Assembly (NCBI GenBank): GCA_947478395.1
Contig: CANJVR010000004.1
Span: forward strand, 64,001-128,000
Direction: 5' to 3'
From: Opitutia bacterium
GTDB lineage: Bacteria > Verrucomicrobiota > Verrucomicrobiia > Opitutales > Opitutaceae
Length of the DNA: 64,000 nt
Part shown: positions 1 to 8,986 of the stretch, piece by piece
Layout: each line of letters begins with the position of its first letter
Numbering within the stretch: the first letter of the stretch is position 1
Notes under the pieces: generated by a model
Told to the model about the DNA's origin: nothing
The model's database searches: none
The model's input: only the letters and a program-made list of their open reading frames with translations
Made by a program: the position numbers and the translations under genes

Positions 1-264
1 GCCCTGGGGGTCTTTTGCTTCTGGGTCGACGTTGGTTACTTGGTAAGGCAGCACGCGACCCGAGGCATCTTTCACGGCGATGTGCTGGAGCTGCACGCCG
101 GGAAGAACCTCGTTCACCTTGCTCCACGGGACGGTGATCGTCTCCGACGGACGGGCGATGGCGAGATCGTGGGTGACGGTGATGGTGGCTTTGTCAGCGG
201 AACGAAGGGCCGTGACCGTGGCAACAAAGGCCAGCACCAGGCCGGCAAGACGACAGGTTTTCAT
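1..264 (-). CDS. Exported protein, DUF4861-like N-terminus (partial, runs off the window edge)
   Basis: Manual translation from ATG at 264: MKTCRLAGLVLAFVATVTALRSADKATITVTHDLAIARPSETITVPWSKV...VKDASGRVLPYQV. It has a signal peptide and the R-x-x-E-T-I...IPYQ pattern recalled from DUF4861-type proteins of pectin loci. Not in the ORF track because it lacks a stop within the window. Confidence 0.6.
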   Translation of the reverse strand, partial: MKTCRLAGLVLAFVATVTALRSADKATITVTHDLAIARPSETITVPWSKVNEVLPGVQLQHIAVKDASGRVLPYQVTNVDPEAKDPQG

Positions 265-278
265 AGTGGAAAGGGAGC

Positions 279-482
279 TCACGGAATCACCGGCGCAACC
301 CGGAACCAATCAAAATCCGCATGGCCGGCTGACGCTTTGCCGGCCATGGTTGAAGCGGCGAAGACGCCGACTTTTGCGCCGACCCAGCGCCCCACGGTCG
401 CGTGCAGCTCGGTTCCGAACGGCGTGAACGATTGTCCGTCGATGCTGGAGGCGAAGCGGCATTTTGCGTCCGCCACCGTGGC
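279..482 (-). pseudogene. C-terminal remnant of a GH43 beta-xylosidase-type protein (concanavalin-like C-domain)
   Basis: The last ~67 codons read ATVADAKCRFASSIDGQSFTPFGTELHATVGRWVGAKVGVFA...GHADFDWFRV*, typical of a GH43 C-terminus. No catalytic domain or convincing start is seen upstream. The stop lies 14 bp before the next gene's start. Confidence 0.65.
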
Positions 483-686
483 TGGATGGTGGCCGTCTCG
501 CTGGTGAGCAGGAGCGGGCTGAGCTGAAACGTCGCGAGCGAATCGGCCTCTCTTTTGGAATCGGCACAACCTTCTCCGCAACCATCCCGGCGCGTCACGG
601 CCGGTGATTTCAATTCTGAATCCTGCGCGCAAACTCCCTTCGGCGAGTGAAACATTTCGACCGACGGCGGCTGTTTTTCAGAGGGA

Positions 687-705
687 ATGTCACTTAATAG
701 GTGAC
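687..705. repeat. 19-bp palindromic dispersed element ATGTCACTTAATAGGTGAC, copy 1
   Basis: Identical 19-mer at 48604-48622; GTCAC-N7-GTGAC dyad. Confidence 0.75.
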
Positions 706-870
706 GTGTTGTCGGCGGCGAAACGCGTCCGGCCAAAGCTCAAGTCGCCAAGCTCGCTCGATGCGGATCGTTTTCGAGGCGGGCGAGTCCGGCGCGGTAA
801 TTTTTGGGCGCAAAATCGAAGTGCACGCGGCGAATCTCGAGCCCGAGCGCCGCGTGCGCAGACCCAGGCT

Positions 871-3054
871 TCAGCGCGATTGCGCGGGGTAGCGGCGGAG
901 GTCGAGGGTGTGGCGGCCTTCGGGTGGGAAATCGATTTTCGGAATAAAACGCGACTGGCCGACGTTCTTTTCCCACCGCTCCCAGCGCTCGGCGCGGCGC
1001 GTGGCGGCCTCGGCGTCAGTCCCCGGACGCGTGGTATAGTCGGTGTTGCCCGGGTTCCAAACGTGCCAGCGAGCGGCGGCGAGCACGGTCAATGTTTTGC
1101 GGTCGACCCATTCGATGAGCAGCGGTGCATGGATGGGCACGTGCGGCTGGAGCGATGGCGTGAGGTAGAACGCGCGGTAGCGAATTCCGCACGCCGCGCC
1201 GCCATCGGTGGAGGCGCGGAATTCGCAGGGTAGACCGTTGACGAGGAGGAGACCGTGCTCGAGGACCTGGGCATCGGCGACGCGGGCTTCGAGTCGGTCT
1301 AAGCTGGCGTCGACCGTGCGGGCGACGGTGCCGGCGTTGGGCGATTCACCGAGGAGCGGCCAAGCTTCCAGGGCTTGGCGAAACTCGACGGAGAATTTTT
1401 CGCTTTTGGATTTTGGGTCGTGAGATTTGGGTTCGACGGCAAGGCTTCCGACCGTGGGGAAGCGGAATTCCCAAGGTGGGCGCAGCCACTCAGGATCGAA
1501 GACGATGCCGTGAGCTTTGAGGTCGTCGCAAATCGCGACCAAGTCCTGCCACACGAATGCCGGCAGGAAGAAGCGATCATGCAGCTCGCCGGCCCAGCGG
1601 ATGAACGGCGCGGAGAGCGGTGCGGCGCAGAGGCGGGCGAGGATGGCGCGAACGAACAGCGCGGTGATCGATTGCACGGCGCAGTCCGGATGCGTTTCGA
1701 ACGCGCGAAACTCCACGAGCCCGAGACGGCCGTTCGGCGAAAAGGGATTCCATAGTTTGTCGACGCTGATCTCAGCGCGATGGGTGTTGCCGCTGCGATC
1801 CATGAGCAGATCGCGAAAAAGCAGATCGTAGAGCGCGAGGTTCTGCGGCGAGCCGAGGGTCTCGGCGGCGGCGCAGGCGATTTCCAATTCGTAGAGCGCC
1901 TCGTAGGTCGACTCGTCGATGCGCGGCGCCTGCGAACTGGGCCCCATGTAAGCGCCGGTGAAAGCGTAGCTGAGCGACGGGTGCCGTTGAAAATAACGGA
2001 TCACTGAGGGCAGGAGCGCGGGGAACGCGAAGAACGGCGAGTACAGTCCGGGGGGTGCACCGAAAACCAGATGAGCGCCGCCGCCCGTGCCGACCTCGCG
2101 GCCGTTGTGCTGGAGTTTGCGCGCGCAGAGGCCGATGGACGCAGCGGCTCGGAAGAGGTGCGTGAGTTGTCGGTCGTAGTCGGTCCACGTGGCGCACGGC
2201 GCGAGATTGATCTCCAGCACGCCCGGGTCGCTCGCGAGCCCGATCGTGGGCAACGCGGCGTCGGGCGGCGGCACGTAGCCGGCGAGGACGACCCCGGAGA
2301 GTTTGGTTGCAACGAGTGCGGCTTCGATTTTTCCGATCAGCTCGACGTAGGATGCGAGCAGGAGCGGGGGAATGAAAACGGTGAGTGTCCCGTCGCGAAT
2401 TTCGACGGTGAGGGCGCGGCGGAGATTTTTTTCGGCCAGTTGACCGAGCGGGAGGCGAAGGCCCACGGGACTTTCACCGGGGAAAAGAGCCAGCGGTTTT
2501 CCGCCGAACACGTGCGTCCAGTTGTCGCTGATCCAAGCGCCGGATGGATGATCGAGCGGCAGAGCATACCCGACCGCGGTTTCAGGTGCATCGGTCTCGG
2601 CCACCGGCTGGGCGTCGCCCGCGTCGACGCCGAGGGCGCTCGCGAGTGCGGTGAGAAATTTTTTCACCTGAGCGAGCGTGTGGTGCCCGGGGCTGGTGTC
2701 GGCGGCGAGCAGCGAAAGGTTGTGCCAGAGCGGATGGCCGTCGGCGCGATGCTGCACAAGCAAGGCCCACCGAGGAAGCGGTTCGCCGGGATAATGTTTG
2801 CCGGAGGTTTCCAGAATGACGGAGCCGGGAACGGCGGTGCGAATGAGAGCGTGGGCGAGCTGTCGCGCGTAGGCGAGTTTGGTCGGGCCGAGCGCGGCGG
2901 TCTGCCATTCGGCGCCGTCGGGAATCACCGGAACGAAGGTGGGCTCGCCGCCCATGGTGAGGGCGATGCCGCTGCGCTTGAGCGATGCTTCTACGGCCTC
3001 GCCGCAGGTGTGGATATCTTGCCAGACGGAGGTGGCGTAAGGGGCGTGTGACAT
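871..3054 (-). CDS. DUF2126 putative amidoligase (COOH-NH2 ligase-like), stand-alone
   Basis: 727 aa with motifs LTMGGEPTFV, GKHYPGEPLPRW, DPGVLEIN, GTGGGAH, GPSSQAPRIDE, GNTHRAEISVDKL, GRLGLVEFRAFE and HDRFFLP. Confidence 0.9.
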   Translation of the reverse strand: MSHAPYATSVWQDIHTCGEAVEASLKRSGIALTMGGEPTFVPVIPDGAEWQTAALGPTKLAYARQLAHALIRTAVPGSVILETSGKHYPGEPLPRWALLVQHRADGHPLWHNLSLLAADTSPGHHTLAQVKKFLTALASALGVDAGDAQPVAETDAPETAVGYALPLDHPSGAWISDNWTHVFGGKPLALFPGESPVGLRLPLGQLAEKNLRRALTVEIRDGTLTVFIPPLLLASYVELIGKIEAALVATKLSGVVLAGYVPPPDAALPTIGLASDPGVLEINLAPCATWTDYDRQLTHLFRAAASIGLCARKLQHNGREVGTGGGAHLVFGAPPGLYSPFFAFPALLPSVIRYFQRHPSLSYAFTGAYMGPSSQAPRIDESTYEALYELEIACAAAETLGSPQNLALYDLLFRDLLMDRSGNTHRAEISVDKLWNPFSPNGRLGLVEFRAFETHPDCAVQSITALFVRAILARLCAAPLSAPFIRWAGELHDRFFLPAFVWQDLVAICDDLKAHGIVFDPEWLRPPWEFRFPTVGSLAVEPKSHDPKSKSEKFSVEFRQALEAWPLLGESPNAGTVARTVDASLDRLEARVADAQVLEHGLLLVNGLPCEFRASTDGGAACGIRYRAFYLTPSLQPHVPIHAPLLIEWVDRKTLTVLAAARWHVWNPGNTDYTTRPGTDAEAATRRAERWERWEKNVGQSRFIPKIDFPPEGRHTLDLRRYPAQSR

Positions 3055-3142
3055 CAGGCCAGTAGGTCGAAGCGGAACGATTGATTTACGGAATAAAGGA
3101 GGAAAGCGTCACGTGAAGGCGATGGAGAGCGCGGCGGGCGGT

Positions 3143-4006
3143 TCAGAGTTTTTGGACCGTGAGTTCGTGGTGCAGGCTGGAGGTGACGGGGCTGGCGCCG
3201 TAGAAAGCGCCTTGGATGGGATTAACCGTTTCGGCGAGGGCGGCGTGAGCGACGGGAACAAAGGCGTCGTCGCAGAGCACCGCATGCGTGGGGTCGAGTC
3301 CGCGCCAGCCTGCGCCCGGAAGATAGACTTCAGCCCAAGCGTGCATCGCCGGGGATGCCGAGGGGGAGCCGTTGGCGAACGGTGGCTCGTACAGGTAGCC
3401 GCTGACGAAGCGGGCGGCGAGGCCGACGAGGCGGCAGAGTTCAATGAAGAGTACGGCGTAGTCGCGGCAGGAACCGGAACCGAGGCTCAGCGTGTCGGTG
3501 GACGACTGGATGCCGGGAACGTCGCGCCGATTGTAAGTCAGGCTGCGATTCACCGCGGCGTTGAGTTCGGTGACAAAGGAAACGGTCTCCGTGGGCGGAT
3601 GGGGGAGATGTTGCGCGAGCCAAGCCTGAAGCGGAGCGGGATCGAGCGGGGCGCTGAGGCAGGGCGCGAGGACGAATTTTTCCGCGAAGTCGTAGGTGAA
3701 CGGAAATGTGAGCGCGGTGGGCTTGAGCAGAAAATCGAAGGGATTTGCATCGAGCGTCTCGACCATGAACTCGGTGCGGAACTCCAGCACCGAGGCGCGG
3801 GTTTCGATTGGGAAATAAGCCCAGTCGAGCGGGTTTTCCTGCATGTCGCTCGTGGCGACCACGCGGGCGGTGGGCGAAATGGTCAGCGCAAAATTGTGCA
3901 GACGCTGGCGGGTCGTCTCGCGCGGCCGAAGGTAGAGGGCGTGGGCATCGAATCCGACTGATTTGGAATATTCGTAGCGGGAAAGATGGGAGATGCGGAG
4001 AAACAT
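3143..4006 (-). CDS. Transglutaminase family protein (Bact_transglu_N + core)
   Basis: 287 aa; N-terminal HLSRYEY..LRPR; catalytic triad in GSCRDYA, HAWAEVY and LDPT; ARFVSGYL. Confidence 0.92.
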   Translation of the reverse strand: MFLRISHLSRYEYSKSVGFDAHALYLRPRETTRQRLHNFALTISPTARVVATSDMQENPLDWAYFPIETRASVLEFRTEFMVETLDANPFDFLLKPTALTFPFTYDFAEKFVLAPCLSAPLDPAPLQAWLAQHLPHPPTETVSFVTELNAAVNRSLTYNRRDVPGIQSSTDTLSLGSGSCRDYAVLFIELCRLVGLAARFVSGYLYEPPFANGSPSASPAMHAWAEVYLPGAGWRGLDPTHAVLCDDAFVPVAHAALAETVNPIQGAFYGASPVTSSLHHELTVQKL

Positions 4007-4033
4007 GCGTTAAGCTCAGGCCGGAAATGACGG

Positions 4034-4065
4034 ATAAACGACGCCGGCCCGATGAGCCGGCGTCG
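4034..4065 (-). terminator. GC-rich hairpin, possible intrinsic terminator after ltaE
   Basis: 10-bp perfect stem CGACGCCGGC/GCCGGCGTCG followed on the minus strand by TTTAT (short T tract). Confidence 0.4.
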
Positions 4066-4097
4066 GTCCAGTGGTTTGTTGGTACCAGGCCTGTAGC

Positions 4098-5201
4098 TCA
4101 AACCTTGCCGTTTAGCGCAGATTTTAGATCGGCAATAAAACGCGTGATATCTTCCGAGCGGGTGGACCACGAGCACATGAGCCGGTAGCCGTGCTCGCCG
4201 ATGAACGGATAAAAATGCCAGCCGCGAGCCCGCATCGCGGCGGAGGCGGCGGGTGGAAGATTGACGAAGACGGCGTTGGCCTCGGGCTCGAGCGCGAGAG
4301 TGACCCCGGGTAACGGACGCAGGGCGGCGGCGAGAGTTTGAGCGGCAGCGTTGGCGTGAGCGGCGTGGCGGAGCCAGGCGCCGTCGGCGAGCACGGCGGC
4401 CCACTGGGCGCTGGCGAAGCGCTGTTTGGACGCGAGCTGGCCGGATTGTTTGACGCGGGCGGCGAAATCGCGGGCCAGGGACGGGTTGAAAAATACGACG
4501 GCCTCGGTCGTGAGCAGACCGTTTTTCGTACCGCCGAAACAAAGGACATCGACGCCGGCGCGCCAAGTGAGATCAGCCGGCGAGGCGGCGGGCACTACGC
4601 TCGGGCGCGGTGCGGCGCTCTGCTCAAGGGGAGATTTCGAAGTAAATACTGCCGCGGCGTTGGCGAAGCGGGCGCCGTCGAGGTGCACGTGCAGGCCGCG
4701 GGCGTGTGCGAGGTCGGCCAGGGCGCGGAGCTCCTCGGGTGAGTAGAGGGTGCCGAGCTCGGTCGATTGCGTGAGCGAGAGCGCGGCAGGTTTCGGGAAA
4801 TGAATGCCGTGGCCGCGGCTGAGGGCGCGCTCGATTTCGGCGGCGGCGAGCTTTCCACGGGCGCCGGGGAGCGGCAGGAGTTTACTGCCACCGGTGAAAA
4901 ACTCCGGCGCGCCGCACTCGTCGGTGTCGATGTGGGCGACCTCGTGGCAGAGGATACTTTGGTAACGGGAGCAAAGGGCGGAGAGCGCCAGCGCGTTGGC
5001 GGCAGTGCCGTTGAAGACGAAGAAGGTTTCGCAGTCGGTCTCGAAGAGCTCGCGCATCAATTGCTGCGCGCGGAAAGTGAAAGGGTCTTCGCCGTAGCTC
5101 GCCGACGGGCCGTCATTGGCGGCGTGCAAGGCCGCGAGCGCCTCGGGGCAGATGCCGGCGGTGTTGTCGCTGGCGAAGGTGTAGTCGTGGCGGACGGACA
5201 T
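4098..5201 (-). CDS. ltaE: Low-specificity L-threonine aldolase (PLP-dependent)
   Basis: FASDNTAG, SYGED, FNGTAANALAL, AHIDTDECGAPE, HLDGARFANA and DVLCFGGTKNG; start moved to ATG 5201 (MSVRHDY). Confidence 0.9.
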   Translation of the reverse strand: MSVRHDYTFASDNTAGICPEALAALHAANDGPSASYGEDPFTFRAQQLMRELFETDCETFFVFNGTAANALALSALCSRYQSILCHEVAHIDTDECGAPEFFTGGSKLLPLPGARGKLAAAEIERALSRGHGIHFPKPAALSLTQSTELGTLYSPEELRALADLAHARGLHVHLDGARFANAAAVFTSKSPLEQSAAPRPSVVPAASPADLTWRAGVDVLCFGGTKNGLLTTEAVVFFNPSLARDFAARVKQSGQLASKQRFASAQWAAVLADGAWLRHAAHANAAAQTLAAALRPLPGVTLALEPEANAVFVNLPPAASAAMRARGWHFYPFIGEHGYRLMCSWSTRSEDITRFIADLKSALNGKV

Positions 5202-5333
5202 AGCGGCGGTTTCCTCGTGAGCGACAGCGGATGCCGCGCCCAAGGCAAAACGATTTACGTTCCCGCCATTAGTGGTCGCCGTTTCGCGATTGGCAATCGT
5301 TGACCCGCAAGGTTGCGTGCACCTGCACACGCG

Positions 5334-5885
5334 ATGAACGCAGCAGATGTTAATCTCTATCTGGTCGGCTTTATGGGCACGGGTAAAAGCACCGTGGGCC
5401 GGGCGGTCGCGCATAAACTAGGTTTTGCGTTGTTGGACAGCGATCACGAGATCGAGCGGGTGCAGGGGAAAGGCATCCCGGCAATTTTCGCACAGGACGG
5501 CGAACCGGTCTTTCGCGCGATGGAGCGGACATTTATCGAGAGCGGACACGCGTCCGAACGCACGGTGATTTCATGCGGCGGCGGACTGGTGGTCCAGCCG
5601 GGGATGTTGCCGCTCTTAAAACACCGGGGTGTGGTGGTTTGCCTGCATGCCTCGGTCGAGACGATTCTCGAGCGCACGAGTCGCCAGAAGAACCGGCCGC
5701 TGTTGGAAGTGGAGGATCCCGAGCTCAGGATTCGAAAACTTTTCGCGGAGCGCGAACCGATCTACCGGACCACAGGCAGCGTGATTCTTACGGATGCGCG
5801 GCCCATGACGGACATCGTGACGCACGTGTTGCGCGTGTGGCGGCGCGATGCGGCGGATTTTGTGCGCGAGGCGGCGACCCGCTGA
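5334..5885 (+). CDS. aroK: Shikimate kinase
   Basis: LVGFMGTGKSTVG Walker A, GEPVFRAME, CGGG and RPLL; start at ATG 5334. Confidence 0.93.
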   Translation: MNAADVNLYLVGFMGTGKSTVGRAVAHKLGFALLDSDHEIERVQGKGIPAIFAQDGEPVFRAMERTFIESGHASERTVISCGGGLVVQPGMLPLLKHRGVVVCLHASVETILERTSRQKNRPLLEVEDPELRIRKLFAEREPIYRTTGSVILTDARPMTDIVTHVLRVWRRDAADFVREAATR

Positions 5886-5887
5886 AG

Positions 5888-7051
5888 ATGGACGCACGGC
5901 AGGAAGAGTTGCGGCGTCGGCTGGCTGCGTTGGGATTCGACGATGTGCGTTTCGCGGCGCTGGCCGGGTTGCACGACGAAACCCTGCGCGCATGGCTGGC
6001 GGCGGGCTATCACGGTGAAATGCAGTGGATGGAGCGCACCGCGGAGAAACGACTGCAACCGGAGTTGGTCCTGTCGGGCGCGCGTTCGGTGATCATGCTG
6101 GGCGTCAGTTATGCGCCGGATGCGGAGCAGCGTGGCTCGCCGGCCGAAGGTGCGGCGAGCTTAGCGCGACCGGTGTGGGCCCGCTACGCGTTGCATGAGG
6201 ATTATCATGATACCATCAAACCGGCGCTCGTCGCGGCGGGGCGTATCGTCGAGGAAATTTACGGCGTGCGGGAGAAGGACTATCGCTACTACGTCGATAC
6301 CGGACCGGTGCTGGAGCGCGGCTGGGCGGCGCGGGCGGGTTTGGGTTTCATCGGTAAGAATGCGATGCTGATTTCGCGGCGACATGGAAACTGGCTGTTC
6401 CTGGCGTCGCTGTTAACGACGGTTGAATTCACCCCGGATGCGCCCGTGCGAAAAAAAATCCCCGAGCCTGAGGCGGGGAAAGAAGCCGTCGGCCTGCTCT
6501 GCGGAAAGTGCACCCGTTGCCTCGACGCCTGCCCGACGGATGCGTTTGCCGCGCCGGGCGTCGTGGATTCGCGCCGGTGCGTTTCCTACCAGACGATCGA
6601 AAACAAAGGCGTGATTCCGCGTGAACTTAGAGCGGGAATCGGCCGCCGCGTTTATGGCTGCGATGTGTGCCTCGAAGTTTGCCCCTGGAACCGTTTTGCG
6701 CAGGCGGGGCGCGCCACGCTGCTGGTGGCGCGAAGGGAACTGGCGGAGTTGACCGTGCGTGAAATCCTCGCGCTCACGCCGGAGCGTTTCGCGGCGGTGT
6801 TTCGCCGCACACCGATCAAGCGGGTGAAACTCGCCGGGCTTTTGCGCAACGCCTGCGTCGTCGCGGGCAATTCGGGCGACGCGAGCCTGATCGAGCCGTT
6901 GCTCGAACTCGTGACCCATGGGTTACCGTTGGTGCGGGCGCATGCAGTGTGGGCGGTTCGAAAACTGGGAGGAGCAGACAGGCTCGCAACCGCGCGTGAA
7001 ATCGAGACGGATGCGAGCGTACTCGAAGAATACGCGGCGGAAATCGTCTGA
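5888..7051 (+). CDS. queG: tRNA epoxyqueuosine(34) reductase
   Basis: YHGEMQWM, ARYA..EDYH, VDTGPVLER, CGKCTRCLDACPT and GCDVCLEVCPWN Fe-S motifs; start at ATG 5888. Confidence 0.95.
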   Translation: MDARQEELRRRLAALGFDDVRFAALAGLHDETLRAWLAAGYHGEMQWMERTAEKRLQPELVLSGARSVIMLGVSYAPDAEQRGSPAEGAASLARPVWARYALHEDYHDTIKPALVAAGRIVEEIYGVREKDYRYYVDTGPVLERGWAARAGLGFIGKNAMLISRRHGNWLFLASLLTTVEFTPDAPVRKKIPEPEAGKEAVGLLCGKCTRCLDACPTDAFAAPGVVDSRRCVSYQTIENKGVIPRELRAGIGRRVYGCDVCLEVCPWNRFAQAGRATLLVARRELAELTVREILALTPERFAAVFRRTPIKRVKLAGLLRNACVVAGNSGDASLIEPLLELVTHGLPLVRAHAVWAVRKLGGADRLATAREIETDASVLEEYAAEIV

Positions 7052-7106
7052 CCGAAACAAAGCGACCCGGACTCGAGAGGTTTATGTTTTCCTTGGCCGT
7101 TTTGGG

Positions 7107-7176
7107 GTAGCGGCAGACGTCCGGCCGGCCGAAACGAGGGCACCGAACCCGGCCGGCAGGGACGCCTGGCCGCTAC
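7107..7176. repeat. GTAG...CTAC REP-doublet (REPIN-like) element, copy 1
   Basis: Inverted arms GTAGCGGC-AGACGTCC...GGACGCCT-G-GCCGCTAC between convergent genes; related copy at 47577-47650. Confidence 0.6.
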
Positions 7177-7199
7177 GGCAATATCGACTGCGCTACGGG

Positions 7200-7610
7200 T
7201 CAACCCGCCTGGCCGAAAATTCTCCCCATCACCGCGACCACTGACGGTGGCGGTCTCACGGGCCGTCCCTTCAGGTCGACGAACGCGTGAATGCTGTACC
7301 CGGTTGCGAGCAATTCCTGATCGCGGAAAACTTCATACTCGAGCCGGATGCGCAGCAGCGGTTTTTCGTTCATGGTCGTGACAACCGTGAGCGTGTCGTC
7401 GTAAACCGCGGGCTTCGCATATTTCGCGGAGATCTCCAGCACCGGCAGACGATAGCCCTCGGTCTCAAGCTGGCGGTAGGGCACGCCGATTTCCTTCAGA
7501 AGCGTGGTGCGCCCGATTTCGAACCACGGCAGATAATTCGCGTGGTAAACGATGCCCATCATGTCGGTCTCGGCGTAGCGGACCGTGACCTGCGCGCGTG
7601 ATTGGATCAT
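7200..7610 (-). CDS. Acyl-CoA thioesterase, YbgC/4HBT family
   Basis: VRYAETDMMGIVYHANYLPWFEIGRT motif; start ATG 7610 overlaps the upstream glycosyltransferase stop by 4 bp. Confidence 0.9.
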   Translation of the reverse strand: MIQSRAQVTVRYAETDMMGIVYHANYLPWFEIGRTTLLKEIGVPYRQLETEGYRLPVLEISAKYAKPAVYDDTLTVVTTMNEKPLLRIRLEYEVFRDQELLATGYSIHAFVDLKGRPVRPPPSVVAVMGRIFGQAG

Positions 7611-8770
7611 GCGCCCTCGTCGGAGTCGGGGTCGGGCTGAAACAGCGCGGTGGCGGATTCTTTCCAGCAGTTGCGTCCGGCCCATTCGTGGCCGGCGGTG
7701 CCGAGGCGGTGGCGGAGGAGCGGATCGTGAACGAGTTTTTCGAATGCCGCGGCGAGCTGGGCCGGACGGTGGGGCGGAACCAGAAGACCGGTGACGTTAT
7801 CGACGACGGCTTCGGAAACTCCGCCCACATCGTGAGCGACGACCGGCAGGCTGTGGGCGGCCGCTTCGAGATAGACGAGGCCGAAGCCCTCGATGCTTTG
7901 GCCATGATTCACGCTGGTCATCGCAAAAATATCGGCGCTTTCGTAGATATGCGCGAGTTCGTCGTCCGGGATATTTCCGAGAAATTTAACCGCCAAGTCG
8001 GGTGTGGCGGCAGCAGCCGCACGGAGGTTCGACTCGTAGCGTCCCTTGCCGGGACCGCCGACGATCCAGTATTCGAGTCGGGCGCGGATGGCGGCGGGGA
8101 GCATTTGCAAAGCCTCCAGCGTGAGGAGCTGGCCTTTGCGCGGATGCAGGCGACCGACCGTGAGAATGATGATTTTGTCCTTGGTCGCCACGGGGCGTGG
8201 AGGCACCACGACGAAATCTGAGCGGAGGGCGCCGGGCGTGAGAAAAATTTTGTTGGCCGCTTCTGGAAAATGCGTGAGCAGCAGCTCCTGGGTGTAGTTG
8301 CTAAGCGTGCTGATGCGCGCGGCGTGATTCACCAGTCGGCGCGCGAGCGCGCGCCGGATGGGACTGCTCGAGAACCTCAGAATCTCAGAACCGTGAAATG
8401 TCAGGATGAGCCGGTGCGGACGGAAGGCGCGGAAGAACTGGAGCAGCATCATCGTTAGCATCGGACCTGGCTCCGGCAGATATACGGTCGCGTAGCGTAG
8501 CTGGCGCCGCGCGCGAATCAGTTCGCGCGCCAAACTGATCTGGCACCAGAGATCGTGCGTGCCTTTGAGGGGCAGGCGGCGCAGACGGAACGGCCACGCT
8601 TTTTCTTCGAACGGTGCGGCGGATTGCGCCCAGACCTCCACATCGTGGCCGAGACTGGCGGCGGCCTTGGCGATTTCCTCCGTGAAGGTCGCGATACCCC
8701 CGCGCACCGGATAAAACTCATGGGTGATGAGAAAAACCGGGGACGTGGCGGCGGAGGAAGGGTCGCTCAT
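7607..8770 (-). CDS. Glycosyltransferase family 4 (GT-B)
   Basis: THEFYPVRGGI, VGRLHPRKG and EGFGLVYLEAAA (E-x7-E); start at ATG 8770. Confidence 0.9.
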   Translation of the reverse strand: MSDPSSAATSPVFLITHEFYPVRGGIATFTEEIAKAAASLGHDVEVWAQSAAPFEEKAWPFRLRRLPLKGTHDLWCQISLARELIRARRQLRYATVYLPEPGPMLTMMLLQFFRAFRPHRLILTFHGSEILRFSSSPIRRALARRLVNHAARISTLSNYTQELLLTHFPEAANKIFLTPGALRSDFVVVPPRPVATKDKIIILTVGRLHPRKGQLLTLEALQMLPAAIRARLEYWIVGGPGKGRYESNLRAAAAATPDLAVKFLGNIPDDELAHIYESADIFAMTSVNHGQSIEGFGLVYLEAAAHSLPVVAHDVGGVSEAVVDNVTGLLVPPHRPAQLAAAFEKLVHDPLLRHRLGTAGHEWAGRNCWKESATALFQPDPDSDEGA

Positions 8771-8986
8771 TCTGGGTGGTGAGGAGGCGCTCGGGCGGAG
8801 AATCGCGCCAAGACCGCAGGAGTTAGGTGGGCGGAGTGAGCCTGACAAGCGCGATGATTGCAGTGCTCGTTGAGCCGGCGATGTTCCGGGGGACGGTAAC
8901 CAGCGCCGGCGTCGTCGCACCAACCCGACAGCTCGTTCGAGAAATTGGGTTTACTTTCCGCTTCTCGAACCTAGAAAAAACCAACA

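Noticed and set aside
604..1233. 209-aa plus-strand ORF and other long antisense ORFs (e.g. 2071-3051, 15081-16436, 55713-57158, 59927-60988)
   Set aside because: They are shadows of well-supported opposite-strand genes in high-GC DNA and carry no recognisable motifs.
4590..4650. Apparent ~20-aa insertion in threonine aldolase (SKSPLEQSAAPRPSVVP)
   Set aside because: No repeat structure or second copy was found, so it is treated as an ordinary variable loop.
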